Made by a program: the position numbers and the translations under genes. DNA of 61,344 nucleotides from a virus (Duplodnaviria; Caudoviricetes): the IMG/VR virus record IMGVR_UViG_3300033153_010600, positions 1 to 61,344 of that record; one strand, given 5' to 3'. The notes beneath the pieces are model-generated. The model did not search any database. It saw only the letters and a program-made list of their open reading frames with translations, and was not told the origin of the DNA. Positions 59,191 to 61,344 of this stretch are shown one piece after another. Position 1 is the first letter of the stretch. Every line of letters begins with the position of its first letter.

Positions 59191-59904
59191 TTATCGCTTC
59201 CGCGTCTCGCAACACACTTCTCGATTTTCAGCTAACTCCCGGCAGTCCTCCACGAACTCACCCTCGTGCCTGTACTGCATCCACTTTCGGTTGCCCCGCC
59301 TGGTGTACACCGCCGATACCACCCCAACGTGTCGCACCAGCGACGGGCTGTGATGCGCCCACCGCAGCCCCCGATCCTTGCACCAGCAGGCCACGTGGTA
59401 GTCCGTCTTTGTGCGACCGTCCGGCCTCGGGAACAGCTTCGCCAGATCCTCAGCCCTACCCCTCATTATAGCAATCGCTACCGCCCCGTACGCTTTGCGG
59501 GGCATCGACTTCTCCGGCAGGCAGAACCAGCCCCGCGACGGACCAAAGTTCTTTGCTATTTGTTCAGAGGTGTAGAGCGAGACCACCCCGGTGTCCGGCC
59601 AGGGCCACTGGGCCAGCTCCGCCTCCAACCACTCGCGGCAGCCACGGGCCACCAAGCAGTCGTCCTGGAATACGGCCACGGCGTCGCACGGCGATTCTAG
59701 GCACCCTCGCAGGGCGCGCTGGAACTGGGGCCACGGGCCGACGCTCCGCTCCGCGTAGTCCATCGGCCAGCGGCAGTCGGGCGTGCCCGGGTCCGCGTAG
59801 ACCACGCCGTCGGGCCAGCCGGCGGCGGCGATGCTCTCGATCGCATCGGCTAGATAGAATGTCCCTTTGCGAGGGGCCGCTGTCACGGCGGCGGACCAGT
59901 TCAC
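59191..59904 (-). CDS. GT-A glycosyltransferase-like protein
   Basis: AVFQDDC..VVSLY..PSLVRHVG; tail EVCCE comes from a sense repeat at 59206-32. Confidence 0.7.
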   Translation of the reverse strand: MNWSAAVTAAPRKGTFYLADAIESIAAAGWPDGVVYADPGTPDCRWPMDYAERSVGPWPQFQRALRGCLESPCDAVAVFQDDCLVARGCREWLEAELAQWPWPDTGVVSLYTSEQIAKNFGPSRGWFCLPEKSMPRKAYGAVAIAIMRGRAEDLAKLFPRPDGRTKTDYHVACWCKDRGLRWAHHSPSLVRHVGVVSAVYTRRGNRKWMQYRHEGEFVEDCRELAENREVCCETRKR

Positions 59905-60031
59905 GGCTCATCCCCCCGGGATTCCCGGCCTGTTTCGGGAAAATAGTAGATAGCCCCTTGATACACAACCGATATATGCGATAATAAGGGTGTCGTGAGA
60001 ATAGTCTCACCAACACGAAGGGAGCGAGACC

Positions 60032-60346
60032 ATGAAGAAGCACTGGCATCAAATAATTGTTGCGATTTTGCTTATCGGCATTGGCATCGGTTTCTGGATG
60101 TTCTGGTTGTCCGGAGATCAGCCATCTGGAAATCTTCCGACTCGCGTCATGCCGCGCGAATGGGCCTGGAACATCAAGGCACTACGGGATGAATTGAACC
60201 ATGCCGGACAAGCCTTGGATGCAGGGGACCAAACCGAAGTCGCCGCAGCGATAGCCAGAATGCGCAAACAGTGTACGACGATTGAGCGAAACGTCCAGAC
60301 TGATAATGCGGCATGGGTGGCATGGACGGCGAAATTTAACTACTGA
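60032..60346 (+). CDS. Membrane-anchored hypothetical protein
   Basis: GGAG RBS; N-terminal TM. Confidence 0.6.
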   Translation: MKKHWHQIIVAILLIGIGIGFWMFWLSGDQPSGNLPTRVMPREWAWNIKALRDELNHAGQALDAGDQTEVAAAIARMRKQCTTIERNVQTDNAAWVAWTAKFNY

Positions 60347-60584
60347 GATTTTCTGTCCAATTCCGTCCATATCTCGCACCAGTTCCCCCGGTCGCACAAC
60401 CACTCTGCGAACTTCCCGCCGCTGAGTCCGAGCCGGCGGCACCCGTCGCCCGACCATTCAGAACACCGCTGGCAGAGTCCGAGGTAGAGACCTGCCATCG
60501 CCCACTGCCTGGTCGCTAGTCCGTTCGATTCAAGCTCGTCAATCGCACGGGTGATCTCAGGACAAGCCATTTCGTTCCTTGCCG

Positions 60585-61337
60585 TTATGGTATTTTGCTC
60601 TGCATCCTGGCCTTCCTATGCCGTTTAATCTCTAGCCACGGTGTGCGATGTCTGTAGCCGCGGGGATACGGGATACCTGCAAGACAGTATACTACACCGG
60701 ATGCCCAAAGGGCGTACGAAAGGCTCAACTGGTCTCGTATTGGGCCGGAGCAGTATTCATTCCACCATATTTGGTTGAATAGCTCGCAACCAGGACGTCT
60801 TAGGATACATCCGCCCCAGGCCAAACACTTTGCGGCGTCAATTAGGTCGTCGTAACGTGTTATGTACTGGCGCACGATCTTCGGATCGTCCAGCCCCATG
60901 CGTACTACGGCGGCGGCCTCCTGGGCCACGGTTTTCCGTAGATTGTGCCGCAGTAAGAACAGTTGTGCCTCCGGCCTCGTTTCTACCATCGCCAAGGCGA
61001 GGCCCCGGGGATCGGTCAGTCTAACATTGGCGTCGACGTACAACGTGGTCGCGTCCGGAGGAAAGAACTCGTGAGCCAGGATTTTTGGCCGCCGGCTGGC
61101 TCTCCGCGGACTGCCGTTCGCCCATTCGATAGGGATTCTGTTCCATGGCTCAACTACATTGCCGTCCGTTATCGCCACGTAGGAGACGCCGTCCTGCCGG
61201 GGCTGCGCCTGCAGCTGGTCATAACCACCGATGCAAACCGTATAGACATGGAGCTCGGGAAGCCGAATCTCCGACATGCCTAGGTAGGGCAGGTAATACT
61301 CGTGATCAAGCCCGAGCCATGTCCGAAGCTGACTCAA
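60585..61337 (-). CDS. DUF616-like glycosyltransferase
   Basis: VYTVCIGGYD..PKILAH..LYVDAN..RDQLSLSYALW; the N-terminus may extend beyond the window. Confidence 0.8.
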   Translation of the reverse strand: MSQLRTWLGLDHEYYLPYLGMSEIRLPELHVYTVCIGGYDQLQAQPRQDGVSYVAITDGNVVEPWNRIPIEWANGSPRRASRRPKILAHEFFPPDATTLYVDANVRLTDPRGLALAMVETRPEAQLFLLRHNLRKTVAQEAAAVVRMGLDDPKIVRQYITRYDDLIDAAKCLAWGGCILRRPGCELFNQIWWNEYCSGPIRDQLSLSYALWASGVVYCLAGIPYPRGYRHRTPWLEIKRHRKARMQSKIP

Positions 61338-61344
61338 GTCGCGG

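Noticed and set aside
1-61344. tRNA, rRNA, integrase or att sites
   Set aside because: None recognisable by eye, so prophage versus free phage cannot be decided.

Overview
GC-rich tailed-phage or prophage segment; the host is possibly a planctomycete (weak inference). It carries packaging genes (terminase subunits, a portal fused to a MuF domain that contains an intein), recombination and replication genes (SF2 helicase, RecE-like nuclease, RecT, frameshifted primase), DNA methyltransferases, a secreted protease module, four tandem variable LRR-like genes and a ~17-kb glycosyl/methyl/sulfotransferase cluster. The main discovery is a phage-encoded type V-F-like CRISPR system with no cas1/cas2 in the window. 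Its effector is a 427-aa Cas12f homolog with substituted RuvC-I/II residues and no Zn-finger/RuvC-III, so it is predicted nuclease-dead. A ~225-nt tracrRNA candidate has a split anti-repeat, and there are three arrays of a 36-nt repeat (~42 spacers). About 30-35 further repeat copies are dispersed across the window. Many are sigma70 promoter + 15-nt handle (GAAGTGTGTTGCGAG) cassettes, and this handle is exactly the segment the tracrRNA can pair with. They often fire antisense into phage gene 3' ends, suggesting stand-alone guides made from the phage's own genes. A second oddity is an HTH-endonuclease gene with its own promoter and RBS nested antisense inside the intein. All calls come from manual reading; no searches were run.
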